DNA of 64,000 bases from the NCBI RefSeq assembly GCF_001194135.2, contig NC_068990.1, positions 84,864,940 through 84,928,939 of the forward strand. The letters run 5' to 3'. The translations under genes and the position numbers were made by a program. Shown here piece after piece: positions 26,301-36,343 of this stretch. The DNA is from Octopus bimaculoides. Lineage: Eukaryota. Each line of letters opens with the position of its first letter. Position 1 is the first letter of the stretch. The notes below the pieces were generated by a model, which saw only the letters and a program-made list of their open reading frames with translations, searched no databases and was not told the origin of the DNA.

Positions 26301-29300
26301 TATGAAGTACATTACGGCTAAAAAGGGGAAAAACTGACTGGAATATTTTTATTATTGGTCAGATCATTCAGGATTACCTTGAGTGTATAAACAACAACAA
26401 CAGCAGCAGCAACAATATACATACGTACCAATAATATGCAAATCTGAAGACATTTTCTTAGCATTAAGAACTGGTTTGAAGTCTACAGTTATATTTGATA
26501 TGATCAAAGGTTTTATCATCTGAGTGAATATCTGATCACAGTGTAGGCGAAATTTGTCTTTTTCTTCTCTAGATAAATGCACACCAACAACTTTATAAGC
26601 ATCACTGATTCCAAAATACAATGTACAATTTCTTCCTGTAAGGAATATACACAAACACACACACATATATATATATATCAGAAAAGCATTGTGGTACAGA
26701 ACTAAAATAACAAGACAAAGAAGACGGAGAGTTTCATACAATGCAAAAAGGGAAGAGTTTAGTAACCTTTATATATTTCGGGCACAAAGGCCCATCATCA
26801 GAAGTAAAACGGAGTCAAGAAATGTGAGTCTATACAAATCTTGCTCGTTGTTTGTTGTGCTACACAACAATCAACATGTATAGACTCATTACCTCCGCCT
26901 TAGCAAAGGTGGAAGTATTGTTTGTTTGTATGTGGACAAGATATCTCAAGAACCGCCAGATGGATTCAGATGCAACTTTCAAGGATATTTGACCTCGTGA
27001 CTGGCACGAACTGATTAGATTTTGGGATCAATCCAGTACCAGACAAGGATTCTGGATTATTTTTCCTGTTTTTTTTTTTTTTACTTAATTTTTGAGAGCG
27101 GTCGGGTTCATTTTTAGTATTCTCGTTTGTGAGAGCAGTTGAGTTTATTTCAGATATTCTCATTTTAAAAATCATCTCTGGTTAATTGTTGAGAGGACAT
27201 TGGTGTTGCCTTGGTGGAGGTTTGTGCTCTCTGAGTGCTCTTGTCGGCTCGTAAAATACACCATTTTGAGCGTGGCCGTTGCCAGTACTGCCTGACTGGC
27301 CTTCGTGCCGGTGGCACGTAAAAGCACCCACTACACTCTCGGAGTGGTTGGTGTTAGGAAGGGCATCCAGCTGTAGAAACTCTGCCAAATCAGATTGGAG
27401 CCTGGTGTAGCCATCTGGTTCACCAGTCCTCAGTCAAATCGTCCAACCCATGCTAGCATGGAAAGCGGACATTAAACGATGATGATGATGATGATGATGT
27501 TAAATGGTGATGATGATGATGAAGACGGTACATGTAAACACACATACACAAATTTGTTTAGAAAGAGGGAGAGGAGAGATAGAGTTGTGGGGAGGATAAG
27601 AGAAAAAAAGAAAAGAAGAAATAAACAAACGTAAAAGCTTACGAGAATTTAACATTCCACAGACAGTTTGACCTACTTCATTCATCCAATTTGTTTTGTT
27701 TGCTCGTAGAATTGCATGAGTTGTATCTTCGATGAAAGGCACTTCAGCACCTGGAATTGTGATGAAAATTATTACAAGACATGCATTGATACAAGAACAC
27801 ATAAATATATAAGACAGCAGGAATGGGGCAATTTACTGAAATGATGTTCAGCACATGCTTTGTATTTATCTAATTAACCACCACAAAAAAAAAAAAAGGC
27901 AACCCAGTAAATGGTTAGTATTCATTTAACCAATCACAGAAGACTGAAAGTCAATCAGTGAATGCCTGATGTTTATTTAATGAGCTATGGGAAAAATGAA
28001 AGTAAAGACTGACCTTGGCAGTTTTTCAACTCAGAGTGCCTTGAGACATTAGTAAATGCTAAAAGTCATTTAGCCATTATGTCTGCTATTTATGCTGTTC
28101 TGCCATCCTTTGAATCATCATCATCATCATCATCATTTAACGTCCGCTTTCCATGCTAGCATGGGTTGGATGATTTGACTGAGGACTGGTGAACCAGATG
28201 GCTACACCAGGCTCCAATCTGATCTGGCAGAGTTTCTACAGCTGGATGCCCTTCTTAACGCCAACCACTCAGAGAGTGTAGTGGGTGCTTTTACGTGCCA
28301 CCGGCACGAAGGTCAGTCAGGCGGTACTGGCAACGGCCACGCTCAAAATGGTGTGTTCTATGTGCCATCCGCACAAGAGCCAGTCCAGGGGCACTGGCAA
28401 CGATCTCGCTTGAAAATCCTTAAACATGTCACGGGCACAAGTGCCAGAAAGGCGATGCTGGGCACAGGTGCTATCCCGATTTCGCTTTTACTTGCCCCAA
28501 TAAGTCTTCAACAAATATAAAAAGACATTGTGTCTTTTACTTGAAATACAGTTAAATAGAGTATAGCTGGAAAATAGCCATAAACAAAGGGGTACAGTTG
28601 ACTGAAATGATTTTTTTTTTGTGCCTTAGTTCCATTTTTATCAGGTCTCCCTTTCTTCTGTTTATCCTCTTGGTCATGTTGCCTTGAATGAATAGAGACA
28701 ACGTAGAGTAGTGAAGACTCTTTAGTACTGCAGAGTGCAAGACAACCTTATTAGAGCTGGTGCTATGATAAAATGCATCTGGTACACTGAGTAAAATGGT
28801 TTGAGAATGAATGGAAACAATGCAAGATCAAGAGAACATGAAAGTTTCTATCGTGATGGTGTCATGATACAATGCAGCCAATGCACTCTGTATCGAGTTC
28901 GGTGTCAGGAAGGGTGTGCAACCATAGAAACCTTACCAAAAATGGAATGTATGAGATGTAAACTTCGAATTCTTCTAGGTGAATAGTAACCCTCAATAAG
29001 AACCAACATGGACCAAGATAACCTGTCCAACCCATCCTGACAAGTAAAATATAAATTAATGATGATGATGATGATGATGATGAATGTGCTTTAAATCCTA
29101 ATCCTCATAAAATACAATTTCTTTGATAAATTGGAAGATGTGGTGTAGTCACTATCGCCATTCCAACTTCTAGGAATAGCTGGGTAGATGTGATGGTGTG
29201 GTTAGATATTCAGTCTGAGCTTCCACAGAATGTTATTTTGGGGAATGAATAACACAGAGAAGGTAGTGCAAGAGAGATGACTCTCTGAGGAGAGAACTGC

Positions 29301-31227
29301 CTTTCTTGGTAATTCCCACATCTTTCTTCCATACAACCAATGACCAGCAATTATTCAGATGGAACACTAACATTGACTTCAGTGTCTTCATCTAGTTTTC
29401 TCTTAGTCTGAGAAGATCTAAAAAAGGTTGTGGATATTTTTTTCCACTTCCCCTAATTAGCAATTAAAGCAAAAACAGGAAAAAAATTTATCATTTGGAC
29501 AAAACATGGTGTAATTGGATGAGTGACTGATATGCTGAAATTTTAGACTACAAATCAACGAGTCAGAAGTTCAAATCTTGGTATAAGTACTGTATTGTGA
29601 ACTCTAATCCACTCTTGACTAGACATAACTCTAGTTGTCCTAAATAGACATGGTTATAAAACACAAATATGTAAATATGTACGACTTAAATGACACGTGT
29701 GATAAATATGAGTGATGAGATGTATTTGCATGTAAAAGATCAGATACCCACAATTCATACTAATGTCGAAATTGTCCATGAAAAACAATACAGGCAAAGA
29801 AACTATATAAAAGCAGACAATATACAGAAAAAAATGTATTAAATATATAAAATGTGCACATACCATATTGATAACATCCATCCTGTAGTTTAAAAGGCTT
29901 CTCCCTTAAATCATATCTGTCTTAATAAAAATAAAAACAATAATAATTGGAGCATTGGGCATGATAAAAAACAAACAAAAGCTATACCTGGATCCTCAAC
30001 ACTACACACTATCCAAAAAATAGCCCTGCTAGGAACAGCCCACAGTCTACATAAGACACTATCAATTCAATAGTATAACCTAAACAAAACAGGTCACAAA
30101 CACAAGCCACACTCTATACCGCAATTACCCAGTGAAATAAACTTCCACCAGCAAGTTAGATAACCAATGCATTGCACACTTAACACACAATACAAGCAGT
30201 AATACAACAAAAGACTGCAGCACACCTCAAGAGAAAAAAACAAACAGCAACTTAAAGGGATGAAAAGCTAACCCATCTTCAATTTGTCATAGATGGATAC
30301 AGCACAGTGCTGATAAGAAAAATCAAAACCACTGGTTCCTAAGCTGGTTATCCATTACTCTACAGACTAAGTTATGTGTGGTTCTTTAAGAAGTTGTTGA
30401 TAAAAACAAGCCAATTATAAATTACTTGATTTCTTCAGAGAGTTTGTACATTTCATTTCAGGGTCTTCACCACAGCCATCCTACAAGGAACAGACATGAA
30501 AACCAGGCTATAACAAATAACAAATAACAAATAGGTAGTTGATATAAAATGGTAAGAATATTTAGCTTGAAATCATCATCATCATTACATCATGATTAAA
30601 TGTCTGGATTCCATGCTGGCATAGGTTGGACATTTTGGCAGAATCTGAGAAGTTGGAGGACTGCATCATGCTCTAATAGCTACTTTGGCATGGTTTCTTC
30701 AATTGGATGTCCTTCCTAACACCAACGACTTTTCAGAGTATACTGGGTGCAGTTTTTGTGAAGATCACTTCATAACTTACAAGGCTAAGGGCCTAAAGTG
30801 ACCCCTATAACTGAGAGAGAATTGAAGTGAGATGGTTCTAAGTAGGGGATGAGGGAGGAAAGTAAGTTGAGAGGAACAAATTTAAGTTACTATTGGATGG
30901 TGGCGGAGAGGGTTTAAATATAAGTACTAGGTTTGATTTGATTGACTAAGTCCATCAAAGCGGAGCCTCATCATGGCCAGTCTAAGGACGGAAACAAATA
31001 AGAAGGTAAAAAGAGAAAGATGGTAGATTTGAAGGTCCTAAAAATAAAAGGGATTCATGCTGGTGGCACGTAAAAGCACCCACTACACTCTCAGAGTGGT
31101 TGGTGTTAGGAAGGGCATCCAGCTGTAGAAACTCTGCCAAATCAGATTGGAGCCTGGTGTAGCCACCTGGTTCACCAGTCCTCAGTCAAATCGTCCAACC
31201 CATGCTAGCATGGAAAGCGGACGTTAA

Positions 31228-31258
<31 letters not shown>

Positions 31259-34200
31259 CTTTGTAAAACTTTGAACATGAATTAAACTTTGTATCCGCTC
31301 ATATAAAAAAAGGTGAAGTCAACCCCAGAAGGATTCAAACTGAAAATCATAAAAATCATATTTCACATATCGAGCCTTCCTTTATTTGTAACACTTTCAT
31401 AGGCCATTAGGATGAAAAAGGTAGACAAAGTATAACTTACGTATAGTCTAAAATCAGCTAAATTTTCTTCCACAGTTTTTAATGCAGGAAGATAAGTTTT
31501 GGTATACTGATGTCTGAAAATATATAATAGGATAGCTCTATATTTTATATTTCTGTTGACAGTTGATGACGAAACAAATATAAGTACAAGTTTTCAAGGC
31601 ATATATCAGTTCTCTGTAACAGAAAGAATCAATTCTGTGAGAGCCGATCAGAAATAGTTAATTTAGTGGGAGGTGGTGGCGGGGGGAGGCAAATAGGGAA
31701 GGGACTGAATGTAATAGTGTGCCAGTGCTGTAATAGTATGTGAGCTGAGTTACCAAGTCATCACTGCCCAATCACCATCCTCAGTATAGCAAGAAACCAT
31801 GATGGAGATGACAGAAAGAAGAGGCAGTAGCAGTTGTAGCAAGCTTACATCACTGAGGTTGACTTTGGTTTTCATCATTTCATGATCAATACATCGTTAA
31901 CCTGTTCGCCCTCCAAAATATGAAGGTATTTTTTATGTTAGTGGTCATTCTTCGGCTTCCTCTTCTCTTTGCATGTATCTGGGACAATTATTTAGTGATT
32001 GACATCATTAACAATTTCATATAAAAACTTCTATTCAACTCTCTCTACTGACTTGACAGGCTTGGCTGTGTGTCTAAGAAGTTCACTTTTCAGCCCTATG
32101 GTTTTCAAGTTTAATCCAAAGTGCAGCACATTGCACAAGTGTCTTCTTAAAAAACAATAGAAAATAAAAATATACAAAAAAAAACTTTAAAAACTGTACA
32201 ATCATAAAGTGATTGATGAAACAAAGTATATTTACACTTTTTCTTTTTGTATATTTTGACTAGAGTCCGTTTTCTTCAAGTATATCAAATGCTTCACCAC
32301 ATGTTGTATGAATGGTCTACAAAGCATAGAAGCTGGGCACAAATAAAGAAGTCTGGCAATCATCTTCGTGCCTTCAGAATGGAAAGAAAGAAATAGAAAC
32401 TTCAGTCAAGAAATGGCTTAAAACTCACATAATAAATGTTCTTGTAGTTTTTAACTGGTTTCAGTCATTGAACTTAGGATCATCTGCAAGTGTTTAGTCA
32501 ATTACACAGACCTTCGTTCATTAACGTGCAAGTGGCTGAGCACTCCACAGACACGTGTACCCTTAATGTAGTTCTCGGGGATATTCAGCGTGACACAGTG
32601 TGACAAGGCTGACCCTTTGAATTACAGGCACAACAGAAACAGGAAGTAAGAGTGAGAGAAAGTTGTGGTGAAAGAGTACAGCAGGGTTCGCCACCATCCC
32701 CTGCCGGAGCCTCGTGGAGCTTTAGGTGTTTTCGCTCAATAAACACTCACAACACCCAGTCTGGGAATCCAAACCGCGAGTCCGCTGCCCTAACCACTGG
32801 GCCATTGTGCCTCCACCATACATATAATAGTCTCTGTCAAAATGAGATGATTGTGCCCTTTCCGTTTGTTTTTAGGACAGTAGGGGGTAATTTAAGGAAT
32901 ATCTGCTGTTGTGTGCAGCAGAATAGGGAACCATATAGAAGCTACCTTCCCTCATCATCATCATCCTTTTTCAAAGTTTGTTTTCAATACTTGCATGGGT
33001 TGGACAGTTTGATAGGAACTAGCAAGCCAAAGAACTGCACCAATTCTCTTTGTCTGCTTTGGCATTGTTTCTATGGCTGGATGCCCTTCTTAATGCCAAC
33101 CACCTTACAAAGTGTACTGGGTACTTTTTACATGGCATCAGCACTGGTAGGGTCAACAAGTAGCTTGCAAGACAAAGATTCCTTGACTGGAAGGGGGAGT
33201 TGTATTGAGGGAGGTGGCTTTGTACCAAATTTCATTCATAGTCCACGTATACATTGACACTGTATTGTCAATGTATATTGTTAATGTATTAGTATAGAGA
33301 AGCAGTTGCCAGTAGCAAATGATGAAAATGACAATGCATGTATACACATGCACATAACAAAATGAACTAATGAGGGAGCCTCTATGAGGTTGCTTGATCA
33401 GCTAGAAATAGCAACCAAATATCACTGCTTGAAAAAAGGGAGGATGCACTGTGCAATGTAGTCCCTAGTAGAACAAGAAAAAGAGGGGACGATCATACCT
33501 TGAACACTTTTGATGACAGGTCTCGTCAGTGCTGACTTGGAGCTTAACCATCACAACACAGACAGAATTTGCTGAGACAGATATTCTATGAATGGAGGCC
33601 CTTCTTGTCACTAATCTCACATGTTTCTAAACAAGATAATAGTTCCCTTTGGCCGGACATGTTTTCACGGAAGACTGGAAACAAAATATCTCACTTGTAT
33701 GATGTGACACTCACAGCTATCACATGATGTCAAGACAAGGAGAGAAAAACACACACACACACACATTTTAGGCTTCTTTTAGTTTCCATTTAAAGTATCC
33801 ACCCACTAGGCTTGGGTCAGCCTGGGGCTACAGTAGAAGACACTTGCCAAGGTGCCAAGCAGTGGCAACGAACCTAAAACCATGAGGTTGGGAAGCAAAA
33901 CTCTTAACCATACAAAATGGTTTAGAAAAGTAAGACAAATAAAATAGAATGAAGCAAAATTAAAATTAAATATAATTACCTCCAAGTATATAGAAGTGTT
34001 TCTTGATACTTTTGTTTTTGAAAATAGCATTGCTCAAATAGAGCATACAATATTTTAGTAAACTGTCCACCTTATTGCCAAAGTGGAGTTTGTTTTCCAA
34101 ATATTCATTGCAAATCTCTAAAAATAAGACGACAATAAACTTAGTGCAACTTCTGACATCAGGAATTTGTAAATAGCAAGTTTGTATGTAATCAAATACA

Positions 34201-36343
34201 GTTACCATTAGTAATTGACTGTTTTTCATACACTGTGCCATCAAGACACACACAGTAATAAGACAAAATAAACACTAGTATCTTGTAAACACTATGTCAA
34301 CAGACACAACACTGAAACAAAATAACAATCAGCAATTGTCTCATTGTTTCTGAAACACTATGTTATCAAATTCTTACCTTAATCAAATTGTTAGGTAAAC
34401 ATTGACATTGTATTGTCAATGTATATTGTTAATGCTAATATGGAGAATCAATTGCAAATAGTAAACGATGAAAATGACAATGAACGTATACACATGCACA
34501 TAACAAACTGAACTAATGAGGGAGCCTCTATGAGGTTGCTTGATCACCTAGAAATAGCAATCAAATATCTATCAAATCATTGCTTGAAAAAAGGGAGGGT
34601 ACATTGTGCAATGTAGTCCCCCAGTACAACAAGCACCCATTACACTCTTGGAGTGGTTGGTATTAGGAAGGGCATCCAGCTTTAGAAAACCACGCCAAAT
34701 CAGACTGGAGTCTGATGCGGCCTTCCAATTTACTAGCCCTGGTCAAACTGTCCAACCCATGCAAGCATGGACAATGGACATATAATGATGATGATGATGA
34801 TGAAGTTAAAAGGAAACAACACAAATCTACTTACCAATTATAAACTTTAAAATGTCGGCATTATTTATTACACTGTGTTTGATTAAGTTAGTCTCCAAAC
34901 AAAAATTACTGAAAATTTTGAGAACATCAATCTTCACAAGTTGAGATGAAGCTTTTGCAGTTTTTAAAAGAATTTCACTTCCCGAAAGTTTATCAAACAA
35001 TAAACCTAGTATAAGAAAAAAAATTAATTATAATTTAAAAAAAAAATGTAAGTAAAAATAAATAAATAAATAAATAGGCGCAGAAGTGGCTGTGTGGTAA
35101 GTAGCTTGCTTACCAACCACATGGTTCCGGAAATGCTAATAAAATGTCACTGCCTACAGTTCAGTGATTTTTAAGGCAAGTGCAAATGTAAACATTCACA
35201 AAGACAAACAAAAATGACAAGATTAGTACAGTTTCTGTCTACCAAATCACTCATTTTGGTCTGGCCTCTCATGTCTACCCTACAATGTCATTCTAAAAAC
35301 AAACAATTACACTATCAAAATCTTGAAGCTACAACATAATTCAGAGTAATCTGAATGCTAAAGGGTTAATTCTTGCATCAAACCTATTTACATTAGTTTT
35401 CCATCAGTAAGTGCAGGTGCAACTGTGTGGTAAGAAATTTGCTTTCCGACCACATGGCCTTGGGTTTGGATCTATTGTGTACCACCTAAGGTAAGTATCT
35501 TGTACTATCGACCTAGGTTGATCGAAATTTGAGTAGATATGATAGACAGAAACTGAAAGAAGCCTGTTGTATACATGCGAATATATAGACATGTATATGT
35601 GTGTGAATGTGTGTGCATGTTACTGTCTTTTTGCCTTAACTTCTTGTGATTGTCGTAAACAAATGTCACCACCATGCAAACAGCGTCTGTTGTTTCCAAT
35701 TTTCCATTAAAACTTGTTTGGTCATGGTGGATATTACTTTGTTTAGAAACAGGTAGGAGTTGGTGACAAGAAGGGCATCTGACTGAAGAAAATCTACCTC
35801 AACGAATTCTGTCTGTCTCATGCAAAAATGGAAAAGTGGATGCTAAATGATGATGATGATAATTTCATTTAAATTGTGTAACTTACATAGATCAGGATCA
35901 AACCAGGTGAAATTGCACAAGCAGCTCACTGCAAATTTGTTGGTATAGTCAGATTCATTCCTTTTAAGAGCCGAAAAGAGATGGTGAACAAAACTTTGAT
36001 TAGCAGAAATTGCAGAACAGATTTTTGGCACAGTCGATAAATGGTAGAGAACACTTAGAGAAGCCATTGACAGGAGAGGAAACAGATGGCCATTGTGTTC
36101 TTCCAAATTGTCCAAAACTGATTCTATTTTTAATAGAATGCCATGTTTCATAAACAACGTTTTAATATCAGAACTTTGGTCAGCTATGAAAATTCTGTTA
36201 ATGAAGTCCAAAATGGCTATTTCATTGACAATATTTTCTTCATTGCATGTCATATCCTCATTAAACTGGTCAATCAAATTCTTCACAACAACATCATTTA
36301 TTTCTGATGGTAATGGTGCCCCCTTCAGAAGCAAATAAGCCAT
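23190..36343 (-). CDS. Uncharacterised ARM/HEAT-like helical-repeat + Schlafen AlbA_2-domain protein (about 580 aa, one unresolved lesion in exon 3)
   Basis: Exons: 36343-35887, 35005-34835, (34291 or 34232)-33980, 32371-32236, 31513-31441, 30480-30426, 27750-27643, 26635-26429, 24803-24712, 23324-23190. All junctions are GT-AG and phase-compatible except exon 2 to 3. The C-terminal half has the AlbA_2 pattern EVPFIEDTTH...VCGMLNS..CTLYFGISD.YKVVGVHLSREEKDKFRLHCD...VDFKPV...LHIIEI...YFRHNGET and a coiled-coil tail. Confidence 0.7.
23820..23925 (+). mobile_element. RTE RT C-terminal remnant
   Basis: KGRLCGACVQSTMLYGSETWAL (LYGSETW motif). Confidence 0.7.
24129..24362 (+). mobile_element. CORE-like SINE
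   Basis: B-box-like gagtttgaatctt, then ttcttgagcaaaacactt...cagttcactcagctgtagaaatgg, which resembles the CORE domain. Confidence 0.55.
24712..24803 (-). CDS. ARM-AlbA gene exon 9 (EISTFAQESFYSFKGKSYFRHNGETQLVGAE)
   Basis: tatgacag| acceptor, GAG|gtgagt donor, terminal YxR..G.T strand of AlbA_2. Confidence 0.87.
24940..25290 (+). mobile_element. Family A repeat
   Basis: cacccactacactcttggagtggttggcattaggaagggcatccagc core with a GAT tail. Confidence 0.75.
26429..26635 (-). CDS. ARM-AlbA gene exon 8, AlbA_2 core (RRNCTLYFGISDAYKVVGVHLSREEKDKFRLHCDQIFTQMIKPLIISNITVDFKPVLNAKKMSSDLHII)
   Basis: ccttacag| acceptor, G|gtacgt donor. Matches the LxxGxxD..V.G and VxFxPV pattern of Schlafen-like AlbA_2 domains. 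Confidence 0.88.
26885..27243 (+). mobile_element. Non-autonomous element, Helentron/DINE(HINE)-like
   Basis: Subterminal attacctccgcc / ggtggaggt inverted motifs and a 3' gctctctgagtgctc motif. Second copy inverted at 58494-58860. Confidence 0.6.
27251..27498 (+). mobile_element. Family A repeat, young copy
   Basis: Near-identical to the copies at 52545-52820 and 59690-59975. Confidence 0.88.
27643..27750 (-). CDS. ARM-AlbA gene exon 7, start of AlbA_2 domain (AEVPFIEDTTHAILRANKTNWMNEVGQTVCGMLNS)
   Basis: attccag| acceptor, C|gtaagc donor, symmetric phase 1 to 1, 108 nt. Confidence 0.85.
28116..28470 (-). mobile_element. Family A repeat, young copy, inverted relative to 27251-27498 and 31057-31258
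   Basis: Reverse complement of the family core. Confidence 0.88.
29940..30075 (+). mobile_element. 3' coding remnant of an REL-endonuclease non-LTR element (NeSL/R4-like)
   Basis: IIGALGMIK...IQKIALLGTAHSLHKTLSIQ* across a frameshift. Confidence 0.6.
30426..30480 (-). CDS. ARM-AlbA gene linker exon 6 (DGCGEDPEMKCTNSLKKS)
   Basis: ttccttgtag| acceptor, A|gtaatt donor, phase 0 to 1, which bridges exon 5 and exon 7. An earlier weak donor (G|gtgaag, 10-nt exon) would also fit. Confidence 0.55.
31057..31258 (+). mobile_element. Family A repeat
   Basis: Family core with (GAT)n tail. Confidence 0.85.
31441..31513 (-). CDS. ARM-AlbA gene exon 5 (VHQYTKTYLPALKTVEENLADFRLY)
   Basis: ttttcag| acceptor and TAC|gtaagt donor. 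Only the phase-2 frame is open, matching exon 4. Confidence 0.8.
32236..32371 (-). CDS. ARM-AlbA gene exon 4 (GTKMIARLLYLCPASMLCRPFIQHVVKHLIYLKKTDSSQNIQKEK)
   Basis: Pyrimidine-rich ...ctgaag| acceptor, GT|gtaaat donor. Joining gives ILGGTKMIARLL, like the ARM GG.+.+.LL motif. Confidence 0.75.
32516..32816 (-). mobile_element. tRNA-head SINE with Deu/Nin-like central domain
   Basis: Head gtggaggcacaatggcccagtggttagggcagcggactcgcgg; body gggtcagccttgtcacactgtgtcacgctgaat...aagggtacacgtgtctgtggagtgctcagcc. Domain name is from memory. Confidence 0.65.
33980..34232 (-). CDS. ARM-AlbA gene exon 3 (CMKNSQLLMVTVFDYIQTCYLQIPDVRSCTKFIVVLFLEIC...LYLSNAIFKNKSIKKHFYILG), 5' boundary uncertain
   Basis: Open frame of more than 80 codons, donor G|gtaatt in phase with the next exon. 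The acceptor phase conflicts with exon 2 (see findings). Confidence 0.65.
34835..35005 (-). CDS. ARM-AlbA gene exon 2 (CLLFDKLSGSEILLKTAKASSQLVKIDVLKIFSNFCLETNLIKHSVINNADILKFII)
   Basis: tactag| acceptor and G|gtaagt donor; 171 nt open in the phase set by exon 1. Confidence 0.85.
35887..36343 (-). CDS. ARM-AlbA gene, first coding exon (MAYLLLKGAPLPSEIND...SCLCNFTWFDPDL, 152 aa)
   Basis: Acceptor ctcttacag| at 36357. ATG in AAACATGG context with an in-frame TGA just upstream. 457 nt open, perfect T|gtaagt donor, amphipathic helical ARM-like pattern. Confidence 0.8.

Noticed and set aside
28500-28790. Two overlapping open frames of about 70-80 codons between ARM-AlbA exons 6 and 7
   Set aside because: No convincing donor/acceptor pair in the required phases and no recognisable motif.
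29986-29996. 7-nt micro-exon ag|GATCCAG|gt that would give an attractive RLYDPGAEVPF junction
   Set aside because: It lies inside a retrotransposon remnant and has no polypyrimidine tract, so it is probably coincidental.
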